Of a stretch of 64,000 nt of DNA, positions 19,970-30,368 are shown one piece after another. The notes under the pieces are model-generated. The model saw only the letters and a program-made list of their open reading frames with translations, searched no databases and had not been told where the DNA came from. The number at the start of each line of letters is the position of its first letter. The first letter of the stretch is position 1. Origin of the DNA: an uncultured delta proteobacterium (GTDB lineage Bacteria > Myxococcota > Myxococcia > Myxococcales > Anaeromyxobacteraceae); NCBI GenBank assembly GCA_963814585.1, contig CAWFDF010000008.1, forward strand, positions 448,001-512,000. Direction: 5' to 3'. Made by a program: the position numbers and the translations under genes.

Positions 19970-21082
19970 ATGGAAGGCCAAGGTCCCCTCACCGAGGAAA
20001 TGTTCCACTCGCTGCTGCAACTGGCCGTGAAGCGCCAGGCGAGTGATGTCCACTTCGAGGTCGGCTACCCCCCCACCTACCGCGTCTTCGGGGAGCTGCT
20101 GGCGGCGAAGTACCCACCGCTCACCGAGGCGGACACCGAGGCCATCGCCGGATTCGTGCTGCAGGCGCCCGGCTCGGGCTACACGCCCCTCGACTTCCGC
20201 GAGGTGGACCGGAGCTACTCGCTCCCCGGCGTGTCCCGGTTCCGGGCCTCCATCTTCAAGCAGCGGAACCGGTGGGGTACGGTGATGCGGACCATCCCGT
20301 TCGCCATCCCGGACTTCGACCCGCTCAACCTGCCGCCGGTGATCAGGACCATCTCGGAGGCGCGCCGCGGCCTGGTCATCGTCACCGGGGCGACCGGCAA
20401 CGGGAAGTCGACCACCATCGCGGCCATCATCAACCACATCATCCAGCAGGAGAGGCTGCACGTGGTGACCGTGGAGGACCCCATCGAGTTCATCTTCCCG
20501 GGCGGCAAGGGGCTGGCCATCCAGCGGGAGGTCGGCTCGGACACGGCCAGCTACTCCGATGCGCTCCGCGCCGCGCTCCGGCAGGACCCCGACATCATCA
20601 TGGTCGGGGAGCTGCGCGACCGGGAGTCGGCCGACATCTGCCTCAAGGCGGCCGAGACCGGGCACCTGGTCATCACCTCGCTCCACACCCCCGACGTTCC
20701 ACGAGCCATCGGCCGGCTGGTCGGGCTCTTCCCCTCCGACGAGCACGAGACCATCCGGGCCAGGCTCGCCGACAACCTGCAGGCGGTGGTGGCGCTGCGT
20801 CTCCTGATGCGGGCCGACGCCTCCGGGCTCATCCCGGCGGTCGAGGCGCTCCTCTCCACCTCGACGGTGCGCGAGCTGATCCGGAACGGCTCCAAGGTGG
20901 ACGAGCTGCGCGCCTACATGGAGAACGCCGGAAGTGACCTGGGGATGCACTCCTTCGACCAGTACCTCTACCGGCTGCACGAGGCCAAGAAGATCTCCCT
21001 CGACACCGCCCTCGGCAACGCCACCAACCGCGCCGACCTCGAACGTCGCATCATGATGGAGACTGGAGGCCGGACCGCGTGA
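19970..21082 (+). CDS. PilT/PilU-family type IV pilus ATPase paralogue
   Basis: ASDVHF, GATGNGKST, TVEDPIE, QREVG, ALRQDPDIIMVGELRD, ETGHLVITSLHT. Confidence 0.92.
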   Translation: MEGQGPLTEEMFHSLLQLAVKRQASDVHFEVGYPPTYRVFGELLAAKYPPLTEADTEAIAGFVLQAPGSGYTPLDFREVDRSYSLPGVSRFRASIFKQRNRWGTVMRTIPFAIPDFDPLNLPPVIRTISEARRGLVIVTGATGNGKSTTIAAIINHIIQQERLHVVTVEDPIEFIFPGGKGLAIQREVGSDTASYSDALRAALRQDPDIIMVGELRDRESADICLKAAETGHLVITSLHTPDVPRAIGRLVGLFPSDEHETIRARLADNLQAVVALRLLMRADASGLIPAVEALLSTSTVRELIRNGSKVDELRAYMENAGSDLGMHSFDQYLYRLHEAKKISLDTALGNATNRADLERRIMMETGGRTA

Positions 21083-21966
21083 GCTCCGCCGGCGCCCCGG
21101 TGGCGTCGCGCGTCCTCGTGGTGGGTTCGGACGCCGACGTCTCGATCGCGCTCCTCCTGCACCTCGGGCGTGCGGGCTTCGCCGTCTACTGCCTGCCTGG
21201 ACCCGGCGAGCTCGATCCGATCCTGCGGGTGGTGGCGCCGCACGCGGTGGTGCTGGTGCTCCCCGCCGCGCCCGACGCCACCTGGGGGACCGCGCTCACC
21301 GCGGCGGCCGGCGCCGCCCACTTCGGCGTCCGGGTCGTCATGGTCGGCCCTTCCCGCGACCTGGTGGAACCCCTGGCGGCCGTGGCCGGGGCCGATCGGG
21401 CCTTCTCCCGTGCCGAGGTGCTGTCCCGGCCGCTGGTGGTCGTGGAGCGGAGCGTGGGCAGCGGCCTGATCGGCCAGACCGACTCGCCGCCCCGTCCGAC
21501 CCAGGCGCTGGAGGCCGACCCGGTGGCGCTCTCCGAGCCCGGCTCACCGCAGCCTGTCCGGAATGCGCCGGCGCCGGCCATCGACCTGCTGGCCCTCATC
21601 GACGAGGAGCTCGTCGACGAGCCCAGGTCGCGCCCGGTGCCGACCCGGGTCGAGGTGAACGTCTCCCTGGTCTCGGAGCACAACTTCTACGTGGGGGCCA
21701 CCCGCCGCGTCGACTCCGGCGGCGTCTTCATCGCCACCTCGCTCCCGCCGACGGTGGGGACCCGCCTGCAGGTCCGGCTGGGGCTGGCCGACGGACGCAA
21801 GATCGACGTCGAGGGCGAGGTGGCCTTCATCCGGGAGAAGAGCGCCACCACGGGCCGGCAGCCGCCGGGCTGCGGCGTGAAGCTCTTCGGGATCCCCGGC
21901 TGGGCCAGCGAGAACATCGATCGCTTCACCCAGGCCCGCCAGCCCATCGTCTACACGCCGCGCTAG
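21079..21966 (+). CDS. Degenerate receiver-like domain + myxobacterial PilZ-like (TIGR02266-type) domain
   Basis: VSLVSEHNFYVG...SGGVFIAT...GEVAFIRE...GCGVKL...F...RQPI; GTGA overlap with the PilT paralogue. Confidence 0.7.
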   Translation: MSSAGAPVASRVLVVGSDADVSIALLLHLGRAGFAVYCLPGPGELDPILRVVAPHAVVLVLPAAPDATWGTALTAAAGAAHFGVRVVMVGPSRDLVEPLAAVAGADRAFSRAEVLSRPLVVVERSVGSGLIGQTDSPPRPTQALEADPVALSEPGSPQPVRNAPAPAIDLLALIDEELVDEPRSRPVPTRVEVNVSLVSEHNFYVGATRRVDSGGVFIATSLPPTVGTRLQVRLGLADGRKIDVEGEVAFIREKSATTGRQPPGCGVKLFGIPGWASENIDRFTQARQPIVYTPR

Positions 21967-22145
21967 TGCCCCGACCCAGGCAAGATGACGTGACGAGAGA
22001 GCCGAGACCGAAGCGAGGCTGGCGCCCGAGGAGGGAGCAGCGGAAGCGTAGCAGCGCTACGCTGAGCAGCGGACCGACGAGGCCGCCTGCCGCAGCGAGA
22101 GGATCGGCTCTCGCAGTAGGCAGCTTGCCTGGGTCGGGGCACTGG
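21963..22145. repeat. MITE/REPIN-like palindromic element
   Basis: Perfect 20-bp inverted repeat AGTGCCCCGACCCAGGCAAG (21965-21984) / CTTGCCTGGGTCGGGGCACT (22124-22143), nested inner stems, bounded by CTAG and CTGG. Confidence 0.75.
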
Positions 22146-22176
22146 CACCGCGGCGGCCGCGGGTACGGAACGACCC

Positions 22177-23296
22177 CTACTCGTCCACCGCCCGGTCGGT
22201 GCGGCGAACGCCCATCAGCCACGGCCTGATGAAGCCGTCCAGATCGCCATCGAGGACGTCGTCGACCTTGCCCGTCTCCACGCCGGTCCGCAGGTCCTTG
22301 ACCATCTGGTAGGGCTGCAGCACGTAGCTCCGGATCTGGGAACCGAAGTCGATGTCCTTCTTCTGCGCCTCGATGGCGTCGGCCTGGGCTTGCCGCCTCT
22401 TCTCCTCGTACTCGTAGAGGCGGGAGCGGAGGATCTTCCACGCCATGGAGCGGTTCTTCTGCTGGCTCCGCTCGTTCTGCATCGCCACCACGATGCCGGT
22501 CGCCAGGTGGGTGATGCGCACCGCCGAGTCGGTCTTGTTCACCTTCTGGCCGCCGGCGCCCGAGGAGCGATAGGTGTCGATGCGGACGTCGGACTCCTTG
22601 ATGTCGATGACGATGTCGTCGTCGATCTCCGGGGTCACGTCCACGGCGGCGAAGCTGGTCTGGCGGCGGGCGTTCTGGTCGAAGGGGCTGATGCGCACCA
22701 ACCGGTGCACGCCCTTCTCGGCCTTGAGGAAGCCATAGGCGAACTCGCCGCGCACGAAGAAGGAGCCCTGGCTGATGCCCGCCTCCTCGCCGGCCACCAT
22801 GTCGGCCGGCTCGATGGTCCAGCCCTTCCGCTCGCCGTAGCGGGTGTACATCCGGTAGAGCATGGCGGCCCAGTCCATGGCCTCGACGCCGCCGGCGCCG
22901 CTCTTCACCTCGACGATGGCCCCGGCCCGGTCGTGCGGCCCGGAGAGCATCTTCTGGAACTCCAGTCCCTCGACCTCGAGGGCCACCGCGGCGGCGGCGG
23001 CGGCGGCCTCGGCCCGGGTGGCCTCGTCCCGCGCCTCCTCGGCCAGCTCGTGCAGGGCCGCGGCGTCGCCGAGGGCGCCGGTCACACGGTCGCTCGATCC
23101 GACCACCTGCTCCAGCTGGGACTTCTCCTTCAGCAGCCCCTGGGCCCTGGCGTTGTCGCCCCAGAACTCCGGGGACTCGGAGAGCTTGGCGATCTCGGCG
23201 ATCCGCTGGCGCTTTCGTTCGACGTCAAAGCGACCCCCGGAGTCCCTCGAGGCGGCGGGACAGGTCGGCGATCAGCTCGGCGGTGGGGGCGGCCAT
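22177..23296 (-). CDS. prfB: Peptide chain release factor 2, with programmed +1 frameshift
   Basis: [23 protein letters not shown] then CTT TGA C (23230-23224) preceded by SD-like CGGGGG; +1 frame carries SPF and GGQ motifs. Confidence 0.96.
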
Positions 23297-23306
23297 GGGT
23301 CAGCTC

Positions 23307-24962
23307 CTAACGGGATGCGGCGGCGCGGCGGGCCCGCCAGGCGGCGGCCAGCGCCGCCATGGAGAGGACGGCGCAGGTGCCGGCGAAGAGATCGCCGAGG
23401 CGGACATAGGGCGTCAAGCCGTGATGGCGTGGCAGCCGCCCGCGCAGCATGCGAGCAGGCTCCTCGGGCACGGGCGCCCTCCGCGGATCCACCGGCCCGA
23501 CGTCCAGCGCCCCCGGGAGCAGCTCGCCGGTGGGCAGGATCAGCGCCGACACGCCCGAGTAGGCGGGCCGGGCGATCGAGCGGCCGGTCTCGATGGCTCG
23601 CAGCCGGACGATGTCGAGGAACTGGTAGGGGCCGGAGGAGTAGCCGTACCAGGCGTCGTTGGTGGGGTTGACCAGCAGGTCCGGGTCCTGGCGCGCGAAG
23701 GCGACGCCGATCTCCGGGAAGATGGCGTCGAAGCAGATCATCGATCCGACTCGCACCGGCGCCCCGTCACGACCCGTGAACTCGAGCAGCTCGAGGGCGC
23801 CGCCCGGGCTGGCCGGCGCCAGGCCCGGCACCACCTGGCGCACGAAGGGGAGCCAGTCCGCCAGCGGCACGTACTCCCCGAAGGGCACCAGGTGGTGCTT
23901 CACGTAGCGCCCCTTCACCTCGAGCTCCGGGGAGACCAGGAACGTGGTGTTCTCCACCTTGAAGAGCGGCTCGCCGCGCCGGCCCCGGGTCTCCTCCAGC
24001 GTGGCGGCCCCGAGCAGCAGGTGAGCTTGCCGGAGGGCCGGGAGCCGGGCCCGTCCGCCCGCGAAGCTCCGCGTGGTGGGACGTGCGTAGCCCGGGTAGG
24101 CCGCCTCCGGCCAGGCGATCAGCTCGGCCCCCTCCCGGTCGGCCTGCAGCGTGGGCGGGATGAGCCGCTGCATCACGCTCTCGACGTGGTCGCGGGCCCG
24201 GTTCTTGGACCCCTGATCGAGGTTGACCTGCACCACCGCCACCTCGATCGACGGGGCGCCCGCCAGCTCGGCGCGCAATCCCGCCAGCCGCCAGGCGCCG
24301 CCGGCCACCACCAGCGCCAGCAGGGCCCCCACGCCGCCCAGCAGCCGCCACGGGAGCGCCTGCCCGGCCTGGCGCGCCCGCAGCGCCTCCGCCAGCGCCG
24401 CGTTGACCAGCACCACGAGCCAGGCGATGGCGTAGACGCCGCCCAGCGCCGCCAGCTGCGCCACCGGCAGCGCGCGGACCTGCGTGTAGCCGAGGTTGGC
24501 CCAGGGGAAGCCGGTGATGAGGTAGTTGCGCAGCAGCTCGGTCGCCGTCCAGATGAACGGGAGGTGGACCCAGAGCGGCCAGCCGAGCGCGCGCCGCACC
24601 GCGAAGGCCGCGGCCGCGGCCAGGGCCCAGTGGGCCGCCATGAAGCCGACCAGCAAGGAGAGGCCAATGAAGGCGAGCCAGGTGGGCAGGCCGCCGAAGG
24701 CGGTCATGGCATGGCTCACCCAGTGGATGGCCGCGTAGAAGTAGGCCAGCCCCGCGGCGAAGCCGACCCCGGCGGCGTCGCGCAGGGACTCGACCCCCTC
24801 GACCGCCCGGAGGAGCGGGACCAGCGCCACCCACGCCAGCAGCCCGGCCCAGCCCGAAGGGTCGAGCTCGCGCAGCGAGAGCCACGGCACCACCACGGGG
24901 AGCGACAGCGCCATGGCGGCGCCCGAGCCGATGGCGGCGAGGAGCGGGGTGAGCCGGCGCAC
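23307..24962 (-). CDS. lnt: Apolipoprotein N-acyltransferase
   Basis: TM N-terminus, GFPWANLGY, nitrilase triad WPEAA / KHHLVPFGEY / ICFD, TNDAWY. Confidence 0.94.
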   Translation of the reverse strand: MRRLTPLLAAIGSGAAMALSLPVVVPWLSLRELDPSGWAGLLAWVALVPLLRAVEGVESLRDAAGVGFAAGLAYFYAAIHWVSHAMTAFGGLPTWLAFIGLSLLVGFMAAHWALAAAAAFAVRRALGWPLWVHLPFIWTATELLRNYLITGFPWANLGYTQVRALPVAQLAALGGVYAIAWLVVLVNAALAEALRARQAGQALPWRLLGGVGALLALVVAGGAWRLAGLRAELAGAPSIEVAVVQVNLDQGSKNRARDHVESVMQRLIPPTLQADREGAELIAWPEAAYPGYARPTTRSFAGGRARLPALRQAHLLLGAATLEETRGRRGEPLFKVENTTFLVSPELEVKGRYVKHHLVPFGEYVPLADWLPFVRQVVPGLAPASPGGALELLEFTGRDGAPVRVGSMICFDAIFPEIGVAFARQDPDLLVNPTNDAWYGYSSGPYQFLDIVRLRAIETGRSIARPAYSGVSALILPTGELLPGALDVGPVDPRRAPVPEEPARMLRGRLPRHHGLTPYVRLGDLFAGTCAVLSMAALAAAWRARRAAASR

Positions 24963-24966
24963 GTGC

Positions 24967-25374
24967 TCAGGGCGTCCGCTTGAAGTAGCTGCCCTCGGCA
25001 GGGCCGGGCACGACGGCCGGCTCCGCCCGGGCGCCGGCCGGATCCGATGGCCGTCCCTGGGCCGCGCCGTAGGCGGCCGCGGCGGCGAGGTAGTACGCGA
25101 TGGCCTCCCGGATGAGGTGCCCCACCGGGCGGCCCAGCCGGGCTGCCGTGGCGCCGGCGGCCTCAGCCAGGTCGGCCGGCATCCGCACGCTCACCACCTG
25201 CGCCTGCACCAGCGCCGCCTCCAGCCGCTCCAGCGCCTGCGACGGGCGCGCCACCCTGAAGTCGCCGGCCTCGATCATCTCCTTGATGCGCCGCGCCAGG
25301 TCGGCGCGCGCGTACCAGGCGCCGTCGAGCCAGACCGACTCCGAGTCGAGGTCGATGTCCGCGAAGGGATCCAT
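24967..25374 (-). CDS. Small protein with ribbon-helix-helix (CopG-like) DNA-binding domain
   Basis: VVSVRMPADLAEA...GRPVGHLIREAIAYYL. Confidence 0.65.
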   Translation of the reverse strand: MDPFADIDLDSESVWLDGAWYARADLARRIKEMIEAGDFRVARPSQALERLEAALVQAQVVSVRMPADLAEAAGATAARLGRPVGHLIREAIAYYLAAAAAYGAAQGRPSDPAGARAEPAVVPGPAEGSYFKRTP

Positions 25375-25829
25375 CCGCTCCTGCCCTGCTCCTGCAGCGT
25401 CTCGCCCACCAGCCCGTGGGCACCCATCAACGCGGCCTCGTGCGCCGCCATCCGCCGGGCCTCCCCGGGCCGCTCGTGATCGAAGCCGAGCAGGTGGAGG
25501 AGGCCGTGGGCGAGGTACCGATCCAGCTCGGCGGCCACCGGCCGCCGCTCGGCTCGAGCCCGACGGCTCGCCGTGTCGAGCGAGACTACCACGTCCCCCA
25601 GGTACGGCCCACCTCCTGGCGGCTCGGAGAATGGGAAGGAGAGCACGTCGGTGGCCTGGTCCCTGGCCCGCCAGCGCCGGTTCAACCCGCGGATGACCCC
25701 GTCGGTCACCACCAGGATGGAGAGGCCGGCCTCCACCCGGTCCAGCGCCAGGAGGTATCGCCGCGCCGTGGCGCGGAGGCGGCGCGCCTGGGCCGCGCCC
25801 CGCGGGTGGCTGCTGCGGCTCTCGATCAC
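25275..25829 (-). CDS. ybeY: Endoribonuclease YbeY
   Basis: LNRRWR, TDVLSFP, LGDVVVS, HGLLHLLGFDH. GTG overlaps upstream TGA; 3' tail overlaps the next gene by 100 nt. Confidence 0.9.
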   Translation of the reverse strand: MIESRSSHPRGAAQARRLRATARRYLLALDRVEAGLSILVVTDGVIRGLNRRWRARDQATDVLSFPFSEPPGGGPYLGDVVVSLDTASRRARAERRPVAAELDRYLAHGLLHLLGFDHERPGEARRMAAHEAALMGAHGLVGETLQEQGRSGWIPSRTSTSTRSRSGSTAPGTRAPTWRGASRR

Positions 25830-28148
25830 GGCGCCCGCACCAGGTGGATGGCGCCGGTCGCGTCGACGGCGGCCCTGGGCGGGCGCTCGGGCCGCGCCTG
25901 CAGGTGGGACTGGAGGGCGCGGGTCATCGCCTCCGCCGAGCTGGTCAGGTCGCGCTGCGTCAGCTCGCACTCGTCCAGCTGGCCTTCCGCGACCACCTCC
26001 GCGAAGCGCTGATCCACCAGGCTCCTCAGCCTCTCGGCGGTCGCCGGCTGGCCCAGGTGGGCGCTCGCCTCGCAGGCGTCGGCCAGCATCACCAGGGCCA
26101 CCTCCCGGGTCTGCGGCTTGGGGCCCGGGTACCGGAGGTCCCCCGCGCCGGCCTCGGGCTCGCCGGCCTGGGCTGGCCGCCGCTGCCTGGCCCGGTCCGA
26201 GCCGACCAGGCGGGTCCCGTGGTGCTGATCGACGAAGGCGAGGACCTCGGGCGGGAGGCGCCAGCGCTTCACGGCCTCCCGGCCGTCCACCACATGCTGG
26301 CGGACGGCGTCGGCGTTCGCCGACGGCGCGAGCTCGTCGTGCTCGTTCCGATCGCGCTGGTTCTCGGCGAAGAGGAGCGGCGCCCGGATCTTGCCGAGGT
26401 CGTGGTAGTAGGCTCCGACGCGGGCCAGCAGGGGATCGGCGCCGATGGCGAGCGCGGCCTCCTCCGCCAGCGCGCCGACCACGATGGAGTGGCGGTAGGT
26501 GCCTGGCGCCTGGACGATGAGCTCCTTGAGCGCCGGGTGGTTCAGGCTGGCGAGCGCCAGCAACCGGCCGTCGGTGACGTAGCCGAGCAGGCGGCCCAGC
26601 GTCGGCAGCCCCGCCGCCACCACCAGCGGCAGCAGCACCGCCCCGCCCACCAGCGCGGCGCCAGCCGAGAGCAGGAGCTCGCCGGTGCGGGCCCCGGCGT
26701 GGAGCCCCATGGCCAGCGCCACCAGCCCGCCCGCGAGCCCGGAGGCCGCTCCGCCGCGCAGGAGCGCCCAGCGCTGCCGCCGACGCCCGCCGAAGCCCAG
26801 GGCCGCCATGGAGGTCACCGCGGCGTGGAGTGCCAGCGGCGCGGAGGCGCCCGCCGTCAGCCCGAAGACCAGGCTCGCCACCAGCGCCAGGAGGAGCGCG
26901 GACCAGGTGCCGAGCAGCTCCCTCGCCAGCACGGCCACGGCGGCGACCGGCACGAGGTGGAGGATGGGCGCGCGGGTGAGGCCGGGGAGCTGGTCCTGGA
27001 TCACCTCGGAGAGCGACGACGCCCCGAGCCCGGCCAGCATCGCGCCGGCCAGCAGCGCGGCGCCGAGCAGGGCGTCGCGGGCGCCCGCGGGCCGGCGGAC
27101 CTCCAGGCGCCCCACCGTCGCCAGGCGCCACGCCAGCGCCAGCAGCATCGCCACCGCCAGCGCGCCGGCCAGGCGGATCCGCCCTCGATCCCGGCCGGCC
27201 TGGGAGACCCGCAGCGCCTCGAAGACGGCCAGGTGCTCCGGCTGGAGCCGCTCCCCCTCGGCGACGACGCGCTCGCCCCGGCGGACGGTGACGCCCACCG
27301 GCTTGACCCGGGCGGCCGCCTCGGCCCGCCGGCGCTCGGTCTCGGCCTGGTTGTGCACCAGCGTCGGGTGGATCGACTCGGCGGCGAGGCGGAGCAGCGC
27401 GCCCCGCAGCGCGGCCGGCTGTCCGGACAGCCGGGCCCCGGCGGCGGCCGCCACCTCCTGCCTCGCCGTCGACACGGTCCGGATCAGCGCGAGGTCGGTG
27501 AGCATCCCCTCCCCGCTGAGCCGACCCGAGCGCACCGTCCGGACCACCAGGCCGGACTCCCTGTCGTCGGGCAGCAGCGCCAGGTCCTGGACCACCAGCC
27601 CGGAGAGCCCCTTGCGCGCCAGGCCGGCCAGCTCCCGCTCGACCGGCGGCGAGAAGCGGGCCGCCGCCAGCGAGGCGAAGTCGGCGTCGCGGCACCAGCA
27701 ACTGCAGCCTGGCCACGAACGCGTCGCGCTGGGCGGCATAGCGCGGCAGCAGCGCGGCGAGGCCGGCGCCGGCCTGCTGCTGCAGGAGCGCCTCCTCCTC
27801 GTCGCGCATCAGCGAGAAGGCGGCGTGGATGCGTGCGGCCGCCTCGTCCGGGGCGGCCTCGTCGTGGTCGTAGACGGGACGCTCCTGCGCCGCCGCCTCG
27901 GCGCGACGGCGTGCCGTGGCGTCCTGGTCGGTGACGTCGACGTCGAGACCGGCCCGGATGGTCGCCGGGGACGGCGCCCCGAGCGCCTCCCGTCCGGGGA
28001 GCCGGTCCAGGCCCGCCGGGGCCAGGAGCCAGCCCGCCCCGACGCTCAAGCCCACCAGCAGGGCCAGCAGCAGGACCTGGGTGGTGACGGCGCGAAGTCG
28101 CTGGCCGGGTGGCGGCGCGGGGGACACGGAGCGGGAGCCTGCACCCAT
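25826..28148 (-). CDS. 7TM-HD (HDIG) phosphodiesterase, PgpH-like; one frameshift at ~27691
   Basis: N-part in frame of ORF 25275..28148 (TM, PVYDHD); C-part in ORF 25826..27739 (APGTYRHS, YYHDLGK, QHHGT, YPGPKPQ, MLADACEA). Removing one base in GTG-C-CGC joins them. Confidence 0.85.
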
Positions 28149-28169
28149 CGCCCTGGCTTGGCAACGGCC

Positions 28170-29156
28170 TCAGGGCTCGGCCGACCGGCGCGCCGCCTCG
28201 TAGCTCTCGTAGGCCCGCACCACCTCCTGGACCAGGGGGTGACGGACCACGTCGACCTCCGAGAAGGCGCAGAACTCGATCCCCTCGACGCCCTTCAGCA
28301 CCTTCTGCGCCTCCAGCAGGCCGGAGGGTCTCCCGCTCGGGAGGTCCACCTGCGTCACGTCGCCCGTGACCACCGCCTTGGAGCCGTAGCCGAGGCGGGT
28401 GAGGAACATCTTCATCTGCTCCGCCGTGGTGTTCTGCGCCTCGTCGAGGATGATGAAGGCGTCGTTGAGGGTCCGCCCCCGCATGAAGGCCAGCGGCGCC
28501 ACCTCCACCGTGCCCCGCTCGATGAAGGCATTGGCCTTCTCGTCGTCCACCATGTCGAAGAGCGCGTCGTGGAGCGGCCGCAGGTAGGGGTTCACCTTCT
28601 CGGCGATGTCGCCCGGCAGGAACCCGAGCCGCTCCCCGGCCTCCACCGCCGGCCGCGTCAGCACGATCCGCTTCACCTTTCGCTCCACCAGGAAGGCGAC
28701 CGCCATGGCCATGGCGAGGTAGGTCTTCCCGGTTCCGGCCGGTCCGATGCCGAAGACGATGTCCTGATCGCGGATGGCCTGGACGTACCTCTTCTGCCCC
28801 AGGCCCTTGGGCGTGATGACCCGGTGGCGCGCCGAGACGAAGACGGTGTGGCCGAAGACCTCTCGCAGCGCCACCCCCTGCCCGGCCAGCTTGATCGCCT
28901 GGTCGACGTCCTCCAGGTGGAGCGGGAACCCCTCCTCCAGGAGTCCGTACAGCTCCCGCAGCAGCCGCTCGGCCAGCGCCAGCCGCGCCGGATCGTCGCC
29001 GGCCACCATCAGCTGGCCGCCGCGCAGCCCGACCTGGATCCCCAGCCGCCGCTCCACCAGCTTGAGGTGCTCGTTGTGGGCGCCGCACAGGGCACGCACC
29101 CGGTCGTTGTCGGGCAGCTCGATGCGGAGGGCGCGGGCGTCGGTCACGTGGCTCAC
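28170..29156 (-). CDS. phoH: PhoH-like ATPase (YbeZ)
   Basis: GPAGTGKT, RPAVEAGERLGFLPGD, APLAFMRGRT, DEAQN, GDVTQVDLP, DVVRHPLV. Confidence 0.94.
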   Translation of the reverse strand: MSHVTDARALRIELPDNDRVRALCGAHNEHLKLVERRLGIQVGLRGGQLMVAGDDPARLALAERLLRELYGLLEEGFPLHLEDVDQAIKLAGQGVALREVFGHTVFVSARHRVITPKGLGQKRYVQAIRDQDIVFGIGPAGTGKTYLAMAMAVAFLVERKVKRIVLTRPAVEAGERLGFLPGDIAEKVNPYLRPLHDALFDMVDDEKANAFIERGTVEVAPLAFMRGRTLNDAFIILDEAQNTTAEQMKMFLTRLGYGSKAVVTGDVTQVDLPSGRPSGLLEAQKVLKGVEGIEFCAFSEVDVVRHPLVQEVVRAYESYEAARRSAEP

Positions 29157-30359
29157 TCCACCGGCGAGAGCAGGATGAACCCGCCCTCGGGTCGGCGCCG
29201 GTAGAAGTAGGGCTGGCTCCATGGGTGGCTCAGATCGCGACCGCTCACCAGCCCGGCCTCGACCAGCTCGTCGAGCCGCTCCGGGTAGCCCCCCTTCTCC
29301 ACCCGGTAGACGTCCAGCGCCCCGCGCAGCCTCGCCAGCTGGTAGCGGGCCAGGAAGCGAGGCGCCACGTTGTCGCGCAGCGCGGTGACGCCGCCGGCGT
29401 CCCCGATGGCGACGCCCCGCTGGTCGACCCAGAGGGCCAGCCCGGCGAGGGCGACGGCGAGGGCGCCGGTGGTCGCCCCGCGCACCACCCAGGTGCGGGT
29501 CCGGTTCTGCAGGTCGCGCGCGTAGGCCCCGACCGAGCCGCCCCGGGCCCGCTCCGGCGGCACCGCGCGGAGGTAGCCGAGGTTGACGAGGCCCTGGAGC
29601 GCCTTGCAGGTCTCGAACTCCCCCAGCCTGGAGAGGTCGACGATCCGCTCGACGGTCCTGCCCGGCAGCGCCAGCTCGAAGACCCGCCGCTCGGTCCGCC
29701 CCGGCGACAGTCCGGACGACCCGCCCTCCTCCTCCTCTCCGCGTCCCGGCCCTTCGCCGAACGAGGCGAAGGCCGCCTCGACGTCCCGATCGACCGACCC
29801 CCTCGCGTCCGCTCGGGCTCCGGCGTGCGGATCCGCTCGAAGGTCATCTCGGGGAGCTGATCCGCTTTCGGACCAGCGGCCACTCGTCCACCTGCCGGAA
29901 CCCCTCCATCAGCACCGACTCGGCGCGGACGGGCGTGACGGTCTCCGGATCCCACTCCACGTCTCCCGGCTCGAAGGCGTAGGTCCCGCTCTTCCAGTGG
30001 AAGAGCTTGTAGACGGTCTCGGTGGTCTGCAGCGCCGTCATCTCGCGCAGCTGCTCGACGGTCAGGTCCCCCAGCTCGATGAGGAGATCGCCGAGCCGCC
30101 GCAGCGTCCGCTGCTGGAGCTCGAGGGCGCGATCCAGCTGGGCCTGGGTGATCACCTCGGCACGGACCAGCAGCATGCCCAGCTTCTCCCGCGCCTTGCG
30201 GCCGGCGGACTCGGCGCGCACCACGTTCCCGTCGGCGATGGCGATGTGGATGACGTCGTCGCGCGACTGGAGGTGCAGCACGCCGCTCTTGGCCTGCTGG
30301 CCGATGAGCTGGAGGATCTCGGCGATCCCGAAGTCCTTGAGGGTCCCCTTCAGCGCCAC
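29153..30359 (-). CDS. DUF4388-domain membrane protein with C-terminal GspG/pseudopilin-like domain; two frameshifts (~29851, ~29798)
   Basis: MALKGTLKDFGIAEILQLI...W..G.YAF (DUF4388). Restoring one C in CCCC and one G in GGGGG gives one frame through SRLGEFETCKAL, a TM helix, and ALDVYRVEKGGYPERLDELV...HPWSQPYFY. Confidence 0.75.
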
Positions 30360-30368
30360 GCTTGGCTC

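Noticed and set aside
25275..25374. 100-nt ybeY overlap with the RHH gene as a dual-coding region
   Set aside because: The tail is low-complexity and outside the YbeY domain; more likely a lost stop or an indel error.
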